Positions 38,654 through 48,965 are shown, counted from the stretch's first letter. The stretch is 64,000 nucleotides of DNA from an uncultured Campylobacteraceae bacterium (GCA_964556545.1 CAZKWE010000092.1:9213-73212), one strand, 5' to 3'. The notes: generated by a model not told the origin, from the letters alone. Made by a program: numbers and translations.

Positions 38654-38844
38654 GTCATAAATGTGTTATTTTAAGTTTTATATTTATGCTATTTTAAGCT
38701 TTTCTATAAAAATACCTAAATACCGGGATCCGTTTAAAAGAAATTATTTATTGTGATATTTAAAATAATTACAAAAAAATTGTAAATTTTATACATTTAT
38801 GCTAAAATACGCCAAATTCTTCATATAACCTTAAGGAAACAGTT

Positions 38845-39099
38845 ATGCAAAGCAATGATGATAATAATAAAAACCTAAGAGAAGCTGCAAAAAAAGAGTT
38901 GGAAGAGCTTGCAAAAGTTAGAAACGAATTTTACAAATATTTAGATACTCATTTACCAAAGACCGAAAACCGGTTTGATTTTAGCACCAATCCGCAATTA
39001 GATGCAAAAAATATATATTCTCTTTTTTATAAACTTGATTATCAAGCAAGAAAATTAAGACCATATATGGCAAAAGCTTACAATCTTAAATTAGAATAG
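38845..39099 (+). CDS. hypothetical small protein
   Basis: 84-aa ORF divergent from nosZ, 8 nt upstream of alr. No recognisable motif. Confidence 0.4.
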   Translation: MQSNDDNNKNLREAAKKELEELAKVRNEFYKYLDTHLPKTENRFDFSTNPQLDAKNIYSLFYKLDYQARKLRPYMAKAYNLKLE

Positions 39100-39107
39100 G
39101 GTTTAAA

Positions 39108-40127
39108 GTGTCTTACATTACAATAAACAAATCTAACTTTTTTCATAACTTAAATATAATTTCCAAACAAATAGGCGGTATTGAAAAACTTTTTGTTGTC
39201 TTAAAAGACAATGCCTACGGACATGGGCTGGAAGAGATGGCAAAACTTTCAAAAGAATACGGGGCAACAAGATGTGCTGTAAAAACTTTTAAAGAAGCAC
39301 TTCGCATACAAAAATTCTTTAACTACATATTGGTCCTTAGCGACATTCCGCAAGAAAAGATAAATTTTATCGGAACAACCATAAATCATATATCATCTAT
39401 AGCAAAAATACCAAAAGGCTCTTTTGTAGAGTTAAAAATTGATACTGGAATGCATAGAAACGGTATAAAAGCAAATGAAATTGGCAATGCACTAAAACTT
39501 ATAAAACAAAAGGGGCTGATACTCAAAGGAGTTTTTACACACTTTAGAAGTGCTGATGTCCTAAGTAGTGAATACTTTTGGCAGCGGGAAAATTTCAAAA
39601 TTATCAAAAGTAAAATAAAAAATCTTTGCAGGCAACACAAAATGCCAAAGCCTTACTTTCATTCTCATAATTCAGCCGCAATTTTTAGAAATTGTAATTT
39701 TAATGAAGATTTTGCAAGAAGCGGTATAAGCATATACGGATATCACTACTTAAATCCGCCTCTGCAAAATCCTTCTTTAAAACCTGTTCTTTCACTTTGG
39801 GCGGAAAAAATGAGCCAAAGAGAATTGAAAAAGGGAGAAAGAGTAGGATATGGCGGAGTTTTTGAAGCCAAAAAAGATATGATAATCTCAACTTATGATA
39901 TAGGATACGGGGACGGTCTTTTTAGATATAACGGACTTGGCAATTTAAAAATACAAAATGGAAAATCCATACTCGGAAGAGTTTCGATGGATAGTTTTTG
40001 TATAGAGGGAAATGATGAGAAAGTATGTGTATTTGACAATGCAACATATCTTGCTGATTATTTCAAAACTATTACTTACGAAATAATCACAAATCTTTCA
40101 CCATATATAAAAAGAATTATTGTTTAA
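39108..40127 (+). CDS. alr: alanine racemase
   Basis: 339 aa. PLP-lysine motif VVLKDNAYGHG, overall Alr length and C-terminal beta domain. Confidence 0.8.
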   Translation: MSYITINKSNFFHNLNIISKQIGGIEKLFVVLKDNAYGHGLEEMAKLSKEYGATRCAVKTFKEALRIQKFFNYILVLSDIPQEKINFIGTTINHISSIAKIPKGSFVELKIDTGMHRNGIKANEIGNALKLIKQKGLILKGVFTHFRSADVLSSEYFWQRENFKIIKSKIKNLCRQHKMPKPYFHSHNSAAIFRNCNFNEDFARSGISIYGYHYLNPPLQNPSLKPVLSLWAEKMSQRELKKGERVGYGGVFEAKKDMIISTYDIGYGDGLFRYNGLGNLKIQNGKSILGRVSMDSFCIEGNDEKVCVFDNATYLADYFKTITYEIITNLSPYIKRIIV

Positions 40128-40165
40128 AAGTGTAAAATTTTTCTTGCAAAATCTTATACTTTATT

Positions 40166-41083
40166 TTAATTATCTTTAAAAAAATCTTCTATCGTTTTTG
40201 AATACTCCTCTTTTTGGGAAATTTTGCCATGTATCTCATATTTCAATTCTTCAAGTCTTTTGATTCTATCTTGAGTGCTTGGGTGAGTTGCAAAAAGTGA
40301 AGCAAAAGATATGTCTTTGCCTGCAAACGGATTTACTATGAACATATGGGATGTCTCTTCGGTAGCACCGCGAACAATACCTTCTTTGTTATAATTTTCA
40401 AGTTTTACAAGTGCGCTTTGAAGCCACTCGGGATGGCCTGTCAATTTTGCTGCTCCGGCATCTGCTTCATATTCTCTGCTTCTGCTTATAGCCATTTGGA
40501 TAACAGAAGCGGCTATGGGTAAAAGTATGGCAAGAAGTATCATTACAAAAGGATTTGAGCCTCTCTCGTCATCTCTTCCGCCGCCAAATATCGCTCCCCA
40601 CTGCATTATATTTGCTATCCACGCAATGGCTCCTGCTATGGTGGCGGCAATAGTACCGGTAAGTATATCATAATGCCTTACATGGCTTAATTCATGAGCC
40701 AAAACTCCCTCTATCTCTTCTTCGCTTAAAAGATCAAGTATCCCCTCAGTTACCGCTACTGCGGCATGAGAAGGATTTCGTCCTGTTGCAAAGGCATTTG
40801 GAATCTTATCCGGAATAATATAAACTTTCGGCATGGGAAGTCCGGCTTTTTTTGCAAGTTTTTTAACAATGGCATAAAGACCGGGTGCACTTTTTTCATC
40901 TACCTCAACTGCATTATAGTGGGCTAAAACCATTTTGTCAGAGTAAAAATAACTAACAAAATTCATAAGCCCCACTACGACAAGTGCAAAAAACATACCG
41001 CTTTGCCCGCCAAAAAATGCACCTATCCACATAAACAAGAGTGTAAGACAAAACATTAACAAAAAAGTTTTTAACTTTTCCAT
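40166..41083 (-). CDS. htpX: zinc metalloprotease HtpX (M48)
   Basis: 305 aa, 4 TM, HELSHV zinc motif and downstream EYEAD. Confidence 0.85.
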   Translation of the reverse strand: MEKLKTFLLMFCLTLLFMWIGAFFGGQSGMFFALVVVGLMNFVSYFYSDKMVLAHYNAVEVDEKSAPGLYAIVKKLAKKAGLPMPKVYIIPDKIPNAFATGRNPSHAAVAVTEGILDLLSEEEIEGVLAHELSHVRHYDILTGTIAATIAGAIAWIANIMQWGAIFGGGRDDERGSNPFVMILLAILLPIAASVIQMAISRSREYEADAGAAKLTGHPEWLQSALVKLENYNKEGIVRGATEETSHMFIVNPFAGKDISFASLFATHPSTQDRIKRLEELKYEIHGKISQKEEYSKTIEDFFKDN

Positions 41084-41452
41084 TTAATTCTCCTTTTGAT
41101 ACACTACCCCGTCAATTCCTTTAAATACTGCCCATTCAAGCTCTTCATCATTTTTTACCGGCAGTATAATTTTCATATCAAACATATATTCATTTGCAAT
41201 ATTTTGAGCATCTTTTGCAAATTCTCTCTTTACAAATGCAAAATCACACTCCAAAGCATTGGCATAAACCAACTCTTTTATGGTTTTTACTCTCATTGCA
41301 TATGACACATTGTTTGTTTTGCAATATTTAGCAATTTTTATATCATAATCAAATAAAACAGTTGAGTTTGAAGGGGTTGATTTTATATCTTCTATCGTTA
41401 TTATTTCAAAAAAAGGTAAATGATCATTAAATATATCTCCGAATATCAGCAT
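41084..41452 (-). CDS. hypothetical protein
   Basis: 122-aa ORF abutting the htpX start. No recognisable motif. Confidence 0.45.
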   Translation of the reverse strand: MLIFGDIFNDHLPFFEIITIEDIKSTPSNSTVLFDYDIKIAKYCKTNNVSYAMRVKTIKELVYANALECDFAFVKREFAKDAQNIANEYMFDMKIILPVKNDEELEWAVFKGIDGVVYQKEN

Positions 41453-41453
41453 T

Positions 41454-41681
41454 TTATCCCTTTGTCATGCACTCTTTGGAACAGTAGAATTTTCCATTTT
41501 TTATAAAAGCTTCTTTTGAAGATATAAAAGTTCCGCATTCACAACACTCAACCATCTCTTCGCTATCATTATCATCTTTTTTGAAAGATTTGCTATCTTT
41601 TGATGCTATATTTTTTTCTTTAAAAAACAGTATATAGACCGCATAGACAATCACACCGAAAATTAACCATTTTAATATCAT
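41454..41681 (-). CDS. small membrane-anchored protein with C-terminal Cys-rich (zinc-ribbon/TRASH-like) motif
   Basis: 75 aa. N-terminal TM helix, then CCECG...(x15)...YCSKEC. Confidence 0.5.
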   Translation of the reverse strand: MILKWLIFGVIVYAVYILFFKEKNIASKDSKSFKKDDNDSEEMVECCECGTFISSKEAFIKNGKFYCSKECMTKG

Positions 41682-42223
41682 TACACACCTTTTATATAAA
41701 TATATCTTCTGTTATTGTTTTGTATCATATCATATTTTATATTATCCAACTCTTTTGTGACACTACTTCCTTTGTAAAGAAGAAGTTTTGTTTTTTTATT
41801 CAAAAAATTTTTTGAAAGCTTTAACAATACATTGGTATCCGTTACCGCCCTTGAAACTATCAAATCCACAAAAAACACTTCGCACTCTTCTACTCTTTTG
41901 CTTAAAACAGTTACATTTTTCAACTCAAGTCTGCTTTTTGCCAAATGCAAAAAAGAACTTTTTTTCTTTATGGGTTCAAGCAAAGTTACTTTTTTTTCAG
42001 GATAAAAAAGAGCTATGATAAGCCCGGGAAATCCTGCTCCGCTTCCTATATCAAGGATATTTTGATGATTTTTCAAAAATTTTACAGGATAAATACTGTC
42101 TTTAATATATTTTACAATATCTTCTTTACTCTTAACTCCGCTGATATTGTGGACTTTATTGTATGAAAGCAAAAGTTCGCAAAAAATATCTATCTTTTCG
42201 TCAAGCTTTATATCGGTTATCAA
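41681..42223 (-). CDS. rsmG: 16S rRNA (guanine527-N7)-methyltransferase RsmG
   Basis: 180 aa, SAM-binding motif ILDIGSGAGFPGL. TTG start preceded by AGAGGTGA. Confidence 0.8.
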   Translation of the reverse strand: MITDIKLDEKIDIFCELLLSYNKVHNISGVKSKEDIVKYIKDSIYPVKFLKNHQNILDIGSGAGFPGLIIALFYPEKKVTLLEPIKKKSSFLHLAKSRLELKNVTVLSKRVEECEVFFVDLIVSRAVTDTNVLLKLSKNFLNKKTKLLLYKGSSVTKELDNIKYDMIQNNNRRYIYIKGV

Positions 42224-42240
42224 TTCTCACCTCTTTTTTA

Positions 42241-42510
42241 AGTACTCAACCAAAAGAAACCCCGATTAATAGAAGCTCAAAAAAGCTGCATTTACAAGGT
42301 GAAAAACTCGCAGTCGTATTTGTTATACTTCAAGAGTTTTGAGCGTTGTAAATGCAATTTTTTTGAGCTTCCCTTCGGGCACAAAGATAACGGCACGATT
42401 ACAATGCTCAGATTTGCTTGAATTACCTACGGGTAGTCCTGCACAAATCTGCTTCGTACTCATACCGTTCTTTTTATGCTATTAATCGGGGTTTCTTTTG
42501 GTTGGGTACT
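42241..42510. repeat. 270-bp inverted-repeat-bounded, highly structured intergenic element (MITE-like element or structured RNA)
   Basis: 32-nt terminal inverted repeats (42241-42272 agtactcaaccaaaagaaaccccgattaatag; 42479-42510 ctattaatcggggtttcttttggttgggtact), 31/32 complementary. Nested 24-nt inverted repeat (42274-42297 / 42346-42369). TA dinucleotide on both flanks. Confidence 0.6.
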
Positions 42511-43076
42511 TATAGCAAATGACCCATTTTCTCTTTTTTTGTCTTAAGATACTCTTTGTTATATCTGTTTGACTCCATTATGATAGGTACTCTTTCGGTA
42601 ATTTCTATATCTTTTAAACTTTCTATCTTTTTTGGATTGTTTGTTAAAAGTTTAATTTTTCCGATACCAAAATAATTCAATACAAATTCAACCATTTCAT
42701 AACTTCTTTCATCATCACTAAAACCAAGTTGATGATTGGCTTCAACCGTATCGTAACCGCTATCTTGCAAGGCATAGGCATTTACCTTGTTTAGCAAACC
42801 TATATTTCTTCCTTCCTGCCTTAGATATATAACCAACCCCCCATCTCGTGCAATCTTTTTTAATGAATATTCAAGCTGATCTCTACAATCACACTTCAGG
42901 CTTCCTATGGCATCTCCGGTCAAACACTCGCTATGTACTCTAACAAGAGGAGTATCACCAAAAGGCTCTTTAAATATAACCAAATGCTCTTTTTCCCTCT
43001 GCTTAAAAGCTATTATCTTAAATATGCCGAATCTCGTCGGAAGATTTGCCCGTTTTGAAACTTTTATATCTTTCAT
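42510..43076 (-). CDS. ribA: GTP cyclohydrolase II
   Basis: 188 aa. Zinc motif SLKCDCRDQL, plus LRQEGRNIGL and the NNPKK motif. Confidence 0.85.
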   Translation of the reverse strand: MKDIKVSKRANLPTRFGIFKIIAFKQREKEHLVIFKEPFGDTPLVRVHSECLTGDAIGSLKCDCRDQLEYSLKKIARDGGLVIYLRQEGRNIGLLNKVNAYALQDSGYDTVEANHQLGFSDDERSYEMVEFVLNYFGIGKIKLLTNNPKKIESLKDIEITERVPIIMESNRYNKEYLKTKKEKMGHLL

Positions 43077-43136
43077 CTTTTTTTATACTCTTTTTTGTTA
43101 AAATGTTTGCAATTTTATCTAAAATAAGGAAAAAAG

Positions 43137-44105
43137 ATGTTTAAGAGATTTAGAAGATTAAGAATTAATGAAAATTTAAGAAATCTTGTTGCCGAGACAA
43201 AACTTGATACAAATGATTTTATATATCCGCTTTTTATAAAACCGGGGACCGGAATAAAAAAAGAGATAGACTCAATGCCGGGAGTTTATCAAATGAGTAT
43301 TGACAATATCCTAAAAGAGTGCAAAGAGTTGCAAAAACTGGGATTGAAATCAATCATACTTTTCGGAATTCCGGAAGTTAAAGATTCTATAGGAAGTGAT
43401 GCTTTATGCGATCACGGCATTATGGCAACTGCTATAAAAGAGATCAAAAAAGCTTATGCGGATATGTTTGTTATAACAGACCTTTGTTTTTGCGAATACA
43501 CCGACCATGGACATTGCGGCATACTTGATATGCAAAATAAAACAGTTGATAACGATAAAACATTAAAAATCTTAGGTGAACAAGCGATCATACATGCAAA
43601 AGCAGGAGCCGACATGATAGCGCCAAGCGGTATGATGGACGGTATGATAAGTGCTATCAGAGAATCTTTGGACAAGGCCGGCTTCATAAATCTTCCCATT
43701 ATGAGTTATTCTACCAAATTTGCAAGCTCATATTATGGTCCCTTTAGAGATGTCGCCGAATCTGCTCCGAGTTTTGGAGACAGAAGAAGTTACCAAATGA
43801 ATCCTGCCAACAGAAGAGAAGCTATAAATGAATCTCTTGAAGATGAAAAAGAGGGAGCGGACATACTGATGGTAAAACCTGCACTTGCTTATATGGATAT
43901 TATAAGAGATATAAGAGAAAAAACACTTTTACCCTTAGCTGTTTATAATGTGAGCGGAGAATATTCGATGCTTAAAATGGCCGGAAAAATGGGGCTTATT
44001 GATTATGAAAAAGTTATGATGGAAACTCTTACAGGGTTTAAAAGAGCCGGAGCTGATATTATCATAACTTACCATGCCAAAGAGGCTGCAACAATCTTAA
44101 GCTGA
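43137..44105 (+). CDS. hemB: porphobilinogen synthase (delta-aminolevulinate dehydratase)
   Basis: 322 aa. Zinc-binding Cys triad [14 protein letters not shown], active-site region MVKPALAY. Confidence 0.9.
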   Translation: MFKRFRRLRINENLRNLVAETKLDTNDFIYPLFIKPGTGIKKEIDSMPGVYQMSIDNILKECKELQKLGLKSIILFGIPEVKDSIGSDALCDHGIMATAIKEIKKAYADMFVITDLCFCEYTDHGHCGILDMQNKTVDNDKTLKILGEQAIIHAKAGADMIAPSGMMDGMISAIRESLDKAGFINLPIMSYSTKFASSYYGPFRDVAESAPSFGDRRSYQMNPANRREAINESLEDEKEGADILMVKPALAYMDIIRDIREKTLLPLAVYNVSGEYSMLKMAGKMGLIDYEKVMMETLTGFKRAGADIIITYHAKEAATILS

Positions 44106-44166
44106 CTTGTTTTTATGCAACTTTTTGTATTTTGCATAAAGTGTATCTCTATCAGCCCCATATAAT

Positions 44167-44203
44167 CCATAGCAACTTTTTTTATATAAATTTGTTGCTA
44201 TGG
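44167..44203. terminator. hairpin between convergent hemB and PAS gene (possible bidirectional terminator)
   Basis: ccatagcaac-(17 nt AT-rich loop)-gttgctatgg, 10-bp perfect stem. The loop is long, so efficiency is uncertain. Confidence 0.4.
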
Positions 44204-44217
44204 AACAAATCTAAACT

Positions 44218-44736
44218 TTAGTAGAGTTTATAAAATTCATCAAGAAGAGTATCTATACTCAAGTCATGCTCTTCCAAAAGATTTGTAAGATATTTTTCAC
44301 TACCTGTCATACCTTCACTCTTTTCTATCTCAACAAGTTTTTTGTATATAGGCAAAAGTACATCGGTTATCTTTTTTGAAATTGTTTTTCTATAAGCCAC
44401 ATAACCTGTAATTTCACCGCTGTTTATATCTTTTTTAAAATCAAAATGTGTAAAAACCCAATAGTATCTTCCATCTTTTGCCAGATTTTTTACTGCAAGA
44501 TTTATATTTTGTCCGTTTTTTAACCTGTCCCAAAGGATTTTAAAGGCAATTTTCGGCATATCAGGATGCCTTACTATACTATGAGGCTGACCTATAAGTT
44601 CCTCTTTGGAATATCTTGAAATTTCTGCAAAGTAGTCATTGCAGTCGGTAATCACACCTTTTAAATCCGTACTGCTTTCAATGTATTTGGTATTATCAAG
44701 TATAATTTCTTCATCAATCGGCTCAGGTCTTTTCAT
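44218..44736 (-). CDS. stand-alone PAS domain protein (CetB/Aer N-terminal-like)
   Basis: 172 aa. PAS pattern STDLKGVITDCNDYFAEISRYSKEELIGQPHSIVRHPDMP, as in Aer/CetB-type energy-taxis sensors. Confidence 0.7.
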   Translation of the reverse strand: MKRPEPIDEEIILDNTKYIESSTDLKGVITDCNDYFAEISRYSKEELIGQPHSIVRHPDMPKIAFKILWDRLKNGQNINLAVKNLAKDGRYYWVFTHFDFKKDINSGEITGYVAYRKTISKKITDVLLPIYKKLVEIEKSEGMTGSEKYLTNLLEEHDLSIDTLLDEFYKLY

Positions 44737-44874
44737 TTGTTATCCTTAAAAATTTTTTTGTATTATAGCAAAAGATGCTTACAAAAATGATTATTTTCAT
44801 CTTTAACTTTTATTATCAACTTTTTTTTATATAATTTTAGGTAGTATATTATCTTTTTTAAAAAGGATACAATA

Positions 44875-45798
44875 ATGAGACACTTTCTTACACTTGATGA
44901 TTTTACAAAAGATGAGTTAAATGAGATAGTAGATATCGCGTTGAAGATAAAAAATGAGATAAAAAACGGTAACATAGTACACAGAATGAAAGATAAAAGT
45001 TTGGCAATGATTTTTGAAAAGTCAAGCACAAGAACAAGAGTCAGTTTTGAAGTAGGCATGACTCAGCTTGGAGGTCATGCATTGTTTCTAAGCTCCCGTG
45101 ATACCCAACTTGGACGAGGAGAGCCTATAAAAGATACTGCCAGAGTTATAAGCCGTATGGTAGATATGGTTATGATAAGAACTTTCAAACAAAGCGATAT
45201 TGAGGAATTTGCCGCTTTTTCCAAAGTTCCTGTCATAAACGGTTTGACTGATGAATTTCATCCCGTTCAACTTATGGCGGACTGGATGACTATGAAAGAG
45301 TATGCAAAAGATAAAAATCCAAAAGTAGCCTATATCGGAGATGGAAACAATATGGCTCACTCATGGCTTATGTTGGCATCTAAAATGGGATTTGAGATTA
45401 GGATTGCCACTCCGAAAGGATACGAAGTAAATGAAGCAATTTTAAACAAAGCATTAAAAAATTCTAAAATAAGCAAAGCAAAAATATCCATTGGAAACAA
45501 TCCTGTCGAAGCTGTAATGGGAGTTGATGTTGTCACTACCGATACTTGGGCATCAATGGGACAAGAAGATGAAAAAAAACAAAGAGAGCTTGACTTTCAA
45601 GGATACAAAGTGGATACAAATTTAATGCAAAATGCAAAAAAAGATGCTATATTTTTACACTGTCTTCCGGCATACAGAGAACAGGAAGTCAGCGAAAGTG
45701 TCCTTGAAAGCAAACAAAGTGTTATTTTTGAAGAAGCGGAAAACAGACTGCATATCCAAAAGGGTATAATGGTTTGGCTTGATGCTCACAGGAGTTAA
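44875..45798 (+). CDS. argF: ornithine carbamoyltransferase
   Basis: 307 aa. Carbamoyl-phosphate motif SSTRTR, plus HPVQ and HCLPA. Confidence 0.9.
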   Translation: MRHFLTLDDFTKDELNEIVDIALKIKNEIKNGNIVHRMKDKSLAMIFEKSSTRTRVSFEVGMTQLGGHALFLSSRDTQLGRGEPIKDTARVISRMVDMVMIRTFKQSDIEEFAAFSKVPVINGLTDEFHPVQLMADWMTMKEYAKDKNPKVAYIGDGNNMAHSWLMLASKMGFEIRIATPKGYEVNEAILNKALKNSKISKAKISIGNNPVEAVMGVDVVTTDTWASMGQEDEKKQRELDFQGYKVDTNLMQNAKKDAIFLHCLPAYREQEVSESVLESKQSVIFEEAENRLHIQKGIMVWLDAHRS

Positions 45799-45802
45799 CA
45801 AT

Positions 45803-46303
45803 ATGGATGACAATAAAAAAGTACAAAATGCCATAGACAAGATAAAAATACTTTCAAAAAAAATCGGTATGGATAACAATCAGGAAAAAACTATACTGAA
45901 CTTAGAAGATACCGATAATCCCGAGAGAAAACTTCTTACTCTTCAAAGCGGAACTTGGGAAAATGATGAGCCATGGTTCGTTATAGATAAAAACGGAAAA
46001 ATTCATACAATGCTTTCTTTGGATACACTTTTACAACTCATAAAATCTCTCAGAATAGCCCAGGAAGAAAATTTCAATTTAAAACTTGAAAAAAGTATTT
46101 GGCAAAATGTTCCTATAGATTTTCAGGATGTCTGGATAGTAGCAATGGATGAGATAAAAAAAGAGTTGGCAAAATCAAAAGATAAAAAGTCATTCGGAAT
46201 TGATATAGACAAAATTGTAAAAGATATAAAAAAGAAATATCCAAATCTATTTTTAAATCTTGATAGATACTTGTCTCAAACAAATCAAGAGGATATAATA
46301 TGA
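45803..46303 (+). CDS. hypothetical protein
   Basis: About 166 aa from ATG 45803 (MDDNKKVQNAIDKIK), preceded by CAGGAG. Lies between argF and hemN, with a 4-nt overlap with hemN. Confidence 0.5.
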   Translation: MDDNKKVQNAIDKIKILSKKIGMDNNQEKTILNLEDTDNPERKLLTLQSGTWENDEPWFVIDKNGKIHTMLSLDTLLQLIKSLRIAQEENFNLKLEKSIWQNVPIDFQDVWIVAMDEIKKELAKSKDKKSFGIDIDKIVKDIKKKYPNLFLNLDRYLSQTNQEDII

Positions 46304-47688
46304 GTAAAAATAGCACTATTGAGATAAATTTTGATAAATTTTCCAAGTATTCAAAACCGGGTCCAAGATATACAAGTTATCCTACGGCACCGGAATTCAA
46401 TGAAAATTTTGATGAAAAAGCTTATATCGAAGAATTGCAAAGGCAGGATAAAAATAGACCTTTGTCTTTATATTTTCATCTTCCATTTTGCAGGTCTGCA
46501 TGCTATTTTTGCGGATGCAATGTAGTTTATACTTCCAAAGAAGATAAAAAAACAAGATATATCTCATATCTTAAAAAAGAACTTGCAATTCTAAGCAGAT
46601 ACCTTGATATGCACAGAAATGTCATACAGCTGCATTTTGGCGGAGGAACTCCTACATTTTTTGACGACAAACAGTTGGATGAAATTATAACTCTTATAAA
46701 AAGCTATTTTAAAAACTTTACTCAGGATGCAGAGATAAGTTGCGAAATTGACCCGAGATATTTAACCCGGGATCAACTAAATGTACTTGTCAAAGGCGGT
46801 TTTAACCGTATAAGTTTCGGAGTGCAAGACTTTGACGCAAAAGTTCAAGAAGCCGTACACCGAATCCAACCATACGAAGTAACACAAAATACAGTTAAAA
46901 TGGCAAGAGAAATGAATATAACATCAATAAATATGGATTTGATATACGGTTTACCGTATCAAACTTTAGATACTTTTAAAACTACACTTGAAAAAGCTCT
47001 AACTCTAAACCCTGACAGATTTGCCATATTTAATTATGCTCATGTTCCATGGATGAAAAAAACTATGAGAAAAATTGATGAAACTACTCTTCCAAAACCC
47101 GGCACAAAACTTGAGATACTAAAATACACCATTGATTATCTAACTTCCAACGGCTATAAAATGATAGGCATGGATCACTTTGCAAAACCAAGTGATGAAC
47201 TTTTTAAAGCTATAGAAAAAGGTGAACTTCACAGAAATTTTCAAGGATACACCACAAAAGGCGGAGCTGATTTGATTGGTGTCGGATTGACCAGTATCGG
47301 GGAGGGGGTATCATATTATGTTCAAAATCAAAAAGATATGAAAGCATATGAAAAGGCGATAGACGAAGGGAAACTGCCTGTTTGCAGAGGTATCAAGTTA
47401 AATCAAGATGATATTATACGAAAGGCTGTTATCATGGAGCTTATGGCAAACTTTAAGCTTGATATAAAACGGGTGGAAAATGAGTTTCATATAGATTTTA
47501 AAGAGTATTTCAGTGATGCTTTAAATGATTTGAAAGATTATGAAAACGAGGGACTTTTAAGCATAGATGACGAGTCTATAAAAGTAAGTCCTACCGGAGC
47601 AATGCTTATAAGAAACATATCTATGCCTTTTGATGCATACCTTAAAAAGATACCGGAAAACAAAAGAAGGTTTAGCAAAACAGTATGA
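46300..47688 (+). CDS. hemN: oxygen-independent coproporphyrinogen III oxidase (radical SAM)
   Basis: 462 aa. Radical SAM motif CRSACYFCGC, GGGTPT, HemN C-terminal domain. Confidence 0.85.
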   Translation: MSKNSTIEINFDKFSKYSKPGPRYTSYPTAPEFNENFDEKAYIEELQRQDKNRPLSLYFHLPFCRSACYFCGCNVVYTSKEDKKTRYISYLKKELAILSRYLDMHRNVIQLHFGGGTPTFFDDKQLDEIITLIKSYFKNFTQDAEISCEIDPRYLTRDQLNVLVKGGFNRISFGVQDFDAKVQEAVHRIQPYEVTQNTVKMAREMNITSINMDLIYGLPYQTLDTFKTTLEKALTLNPDRFAIFNYAHVPWMKKTMRKIDETTLPKPGTKLEILKYTIDYLTSNGYKMIGMDHFAKPSDELFKAIEKGELHRNFQGYTTKGGADLIGVGLTSIGEGVSYYVQNQKDMKAYEKAIDEGKLPVCRGIKLNQDDIIRKAVIMELMANFKLDIKRVENEFHIDFKEYFSDALNDLKDYENEGLLSIDDESIKVSPTGAMLIRNISMPFDAYLKKIPENKRRFSKTV

Positions 47689-48956
47689 AAACTACAAAAG
47701 ATATATTTAGCAAAGTCGGTGATGAATGTATAAAATGCGGAAAGTGCATTCCTGCTTGCACCATACACAATGTAAATGCAGATGAAGTAACATCTCCAAG
47801 AGGTTTTTTGGATCTTTTGAATGCTTATCAAAAAGGGGATTTAAAACTTGACAAAAATGCAAAAGATATATTTGAGAGTTGTTTTTTATGTACAGCCTGC
47901 ACAGAAATTTGCCCGAATGATTTACCGGTAGATATGGTAATTGAACAAGTAAGAGATGATATAAGACAAAAGTATGGTCTTGCATGGTATAAAAAACTCT
48001 TTTTTTATCTGCTTAGACATAGAAAAATCATGGATCTTCTTGCAAAATTTGGTTATGTATTCCAGACCTGCGGATTTAAAATCCATAAAAAACAAAATGC
48101 TATGGAGCCAAGATTTTCACTCCCGATTATAAAAAAGGATAGATTTTTACCAAGTGCAAAAGCAAAAAGTTTTTTAAACTCTTACCCCGAAGTGATAAAA
48201 AACGGCGGAAAACAAAAAGTGGCAATTTTTATAGGATGCCTGGCAAACTATACTTATACCGATACGGGAAAAGCACTTTTGAAAATTCTTAAAACTTTGG
48301 AAATTGATGCATATCTTATCAAAAATCAACTTTGTTGCGGTGCTCCGGCATATTTTACCGGCGATTTTGATACGGTTGATTATCTTGCAAAGCACAATAT
48401 AAAATACTTTGAAAGCTTTATAGATGAAGTTGATGCCATTATAGTTCCCGAAGCTACATGTTCAGCAATGCTAAAACAGGACTATTTACATTTTTTTCAC
48501 GATAAGCCCGAGTGGAAAACAAGAGTGGAAAAGCTAAATGAAAAAATTTATATGGCTACACAATGGTTAGAACAAAAAACCAATCTTAAAAATATTCTTG
48601 AAAAAAACGGTAAAAAAATGAGTGAAATCATAACTTACCACGATCCATGTCATGCAAAAAAAATGCAGGGAATTTTCAAAGAACCAAGAGAACTTATTAG
48701 CAAAAATTACACTATCAAAGAGATGGACGATCCGAACAAATGCTGCGGATTTGGCGGAGTTACCATGCAAAGTGAGAAATTTCATCTCGCAAAGGCCGCC
48801 GGACTTCCGAAAGCCGCTATGATAGATAATACCGGAGCCGATATAGTCAGTGCAGAATGCAGTGCCTGCAGAATGCAGATAACAAATTCTCTTCACTATA
48901 ACAACTCCAAAATAATCTTTAAAAATCCTATTGAACTCATTGCAGAAGCATTGTAA
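47685..48956 (+). CDS. (Fe-S)-binding oxidoreductase subunit, GlcF/GlpC family
   Basis: 423 aa. Two N-terminal ferredoxin-like motifs (CIKCGKCIPAC, CFLCTACTEICP) and two CCG-type Cys-rich domains (CCGAP, CCGFGG). Confidence 0.7.
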   Translation: MKTTKDIFSKVGDECIKCGKCIPACTIHNVNADEVTSPRGFLDLLNAYQKGDLKLDKNAKDIFESCFLCTACTEICPNDLPVDMVIEQVRDDIRQKYGLAWYKKLFFYLLRHRKIMDLLAKFGYVFQTCGFKIHKKQNAMEPRFSLPIIKKDRFLPSAKAKSFLNSYPEVIKNGGKQKVAIFIGCLANYTYTDTGKALLKILKTLEIDAYLIKNQLCCGAPAYFTGDFDTVDYLAKHNIKYFESFIDEVDAIIVPEATCSAMLKQDYLHFFHDKPEWKTRVEKLNEKIYMATQWLEQKTNLKNILEKNGKKMSEIITYHDPCHAKKMQGIFKEPRELISKNYTIKEMDDPNKCCGFGGVTMQSEKFHLAKAAGLPKAAMIDNTGADIVSAECSACRMQITNSLHYNNSKIIFKNPIELIAEAL

Positions 48957-48965
48957 AGGAAAACT

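Noticed and set aside
42241-42510. Retron msr/msd, 6S RNA, RNase P or SRP RNA identity for the structured element
   Set aside because: There is no reverse transcriptase gene nearby, ruling out a retron. The element lacks the RNase P P4 motif (GGAAAGUCC) and the SRP domain IV motif. At 270 nt with two side-by-side hairpin domains it is atypical for 6S RNA. It is left as an unknown or MITE-like element.
43077-43136. Possible FMN riboswitch upstream of ribA
   Set aside because: Only 60 nt separate ribA from divergent hemB, too short for an FMN aptamer of about 140 nt or more. No conserved FMN-element sequences were seen. The structured element at 42241-42510 is downstream of ribA, not in its leader.
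44763-45059. 98-aa minus-strand ORF overlapping the argF start
   Set aside because: Low-complexity Ile/Leu/Phe/Lys-rich translation typical of antisense AT-rich sequence. It overlaps the well-supported argF N-terminus and its promoter region.
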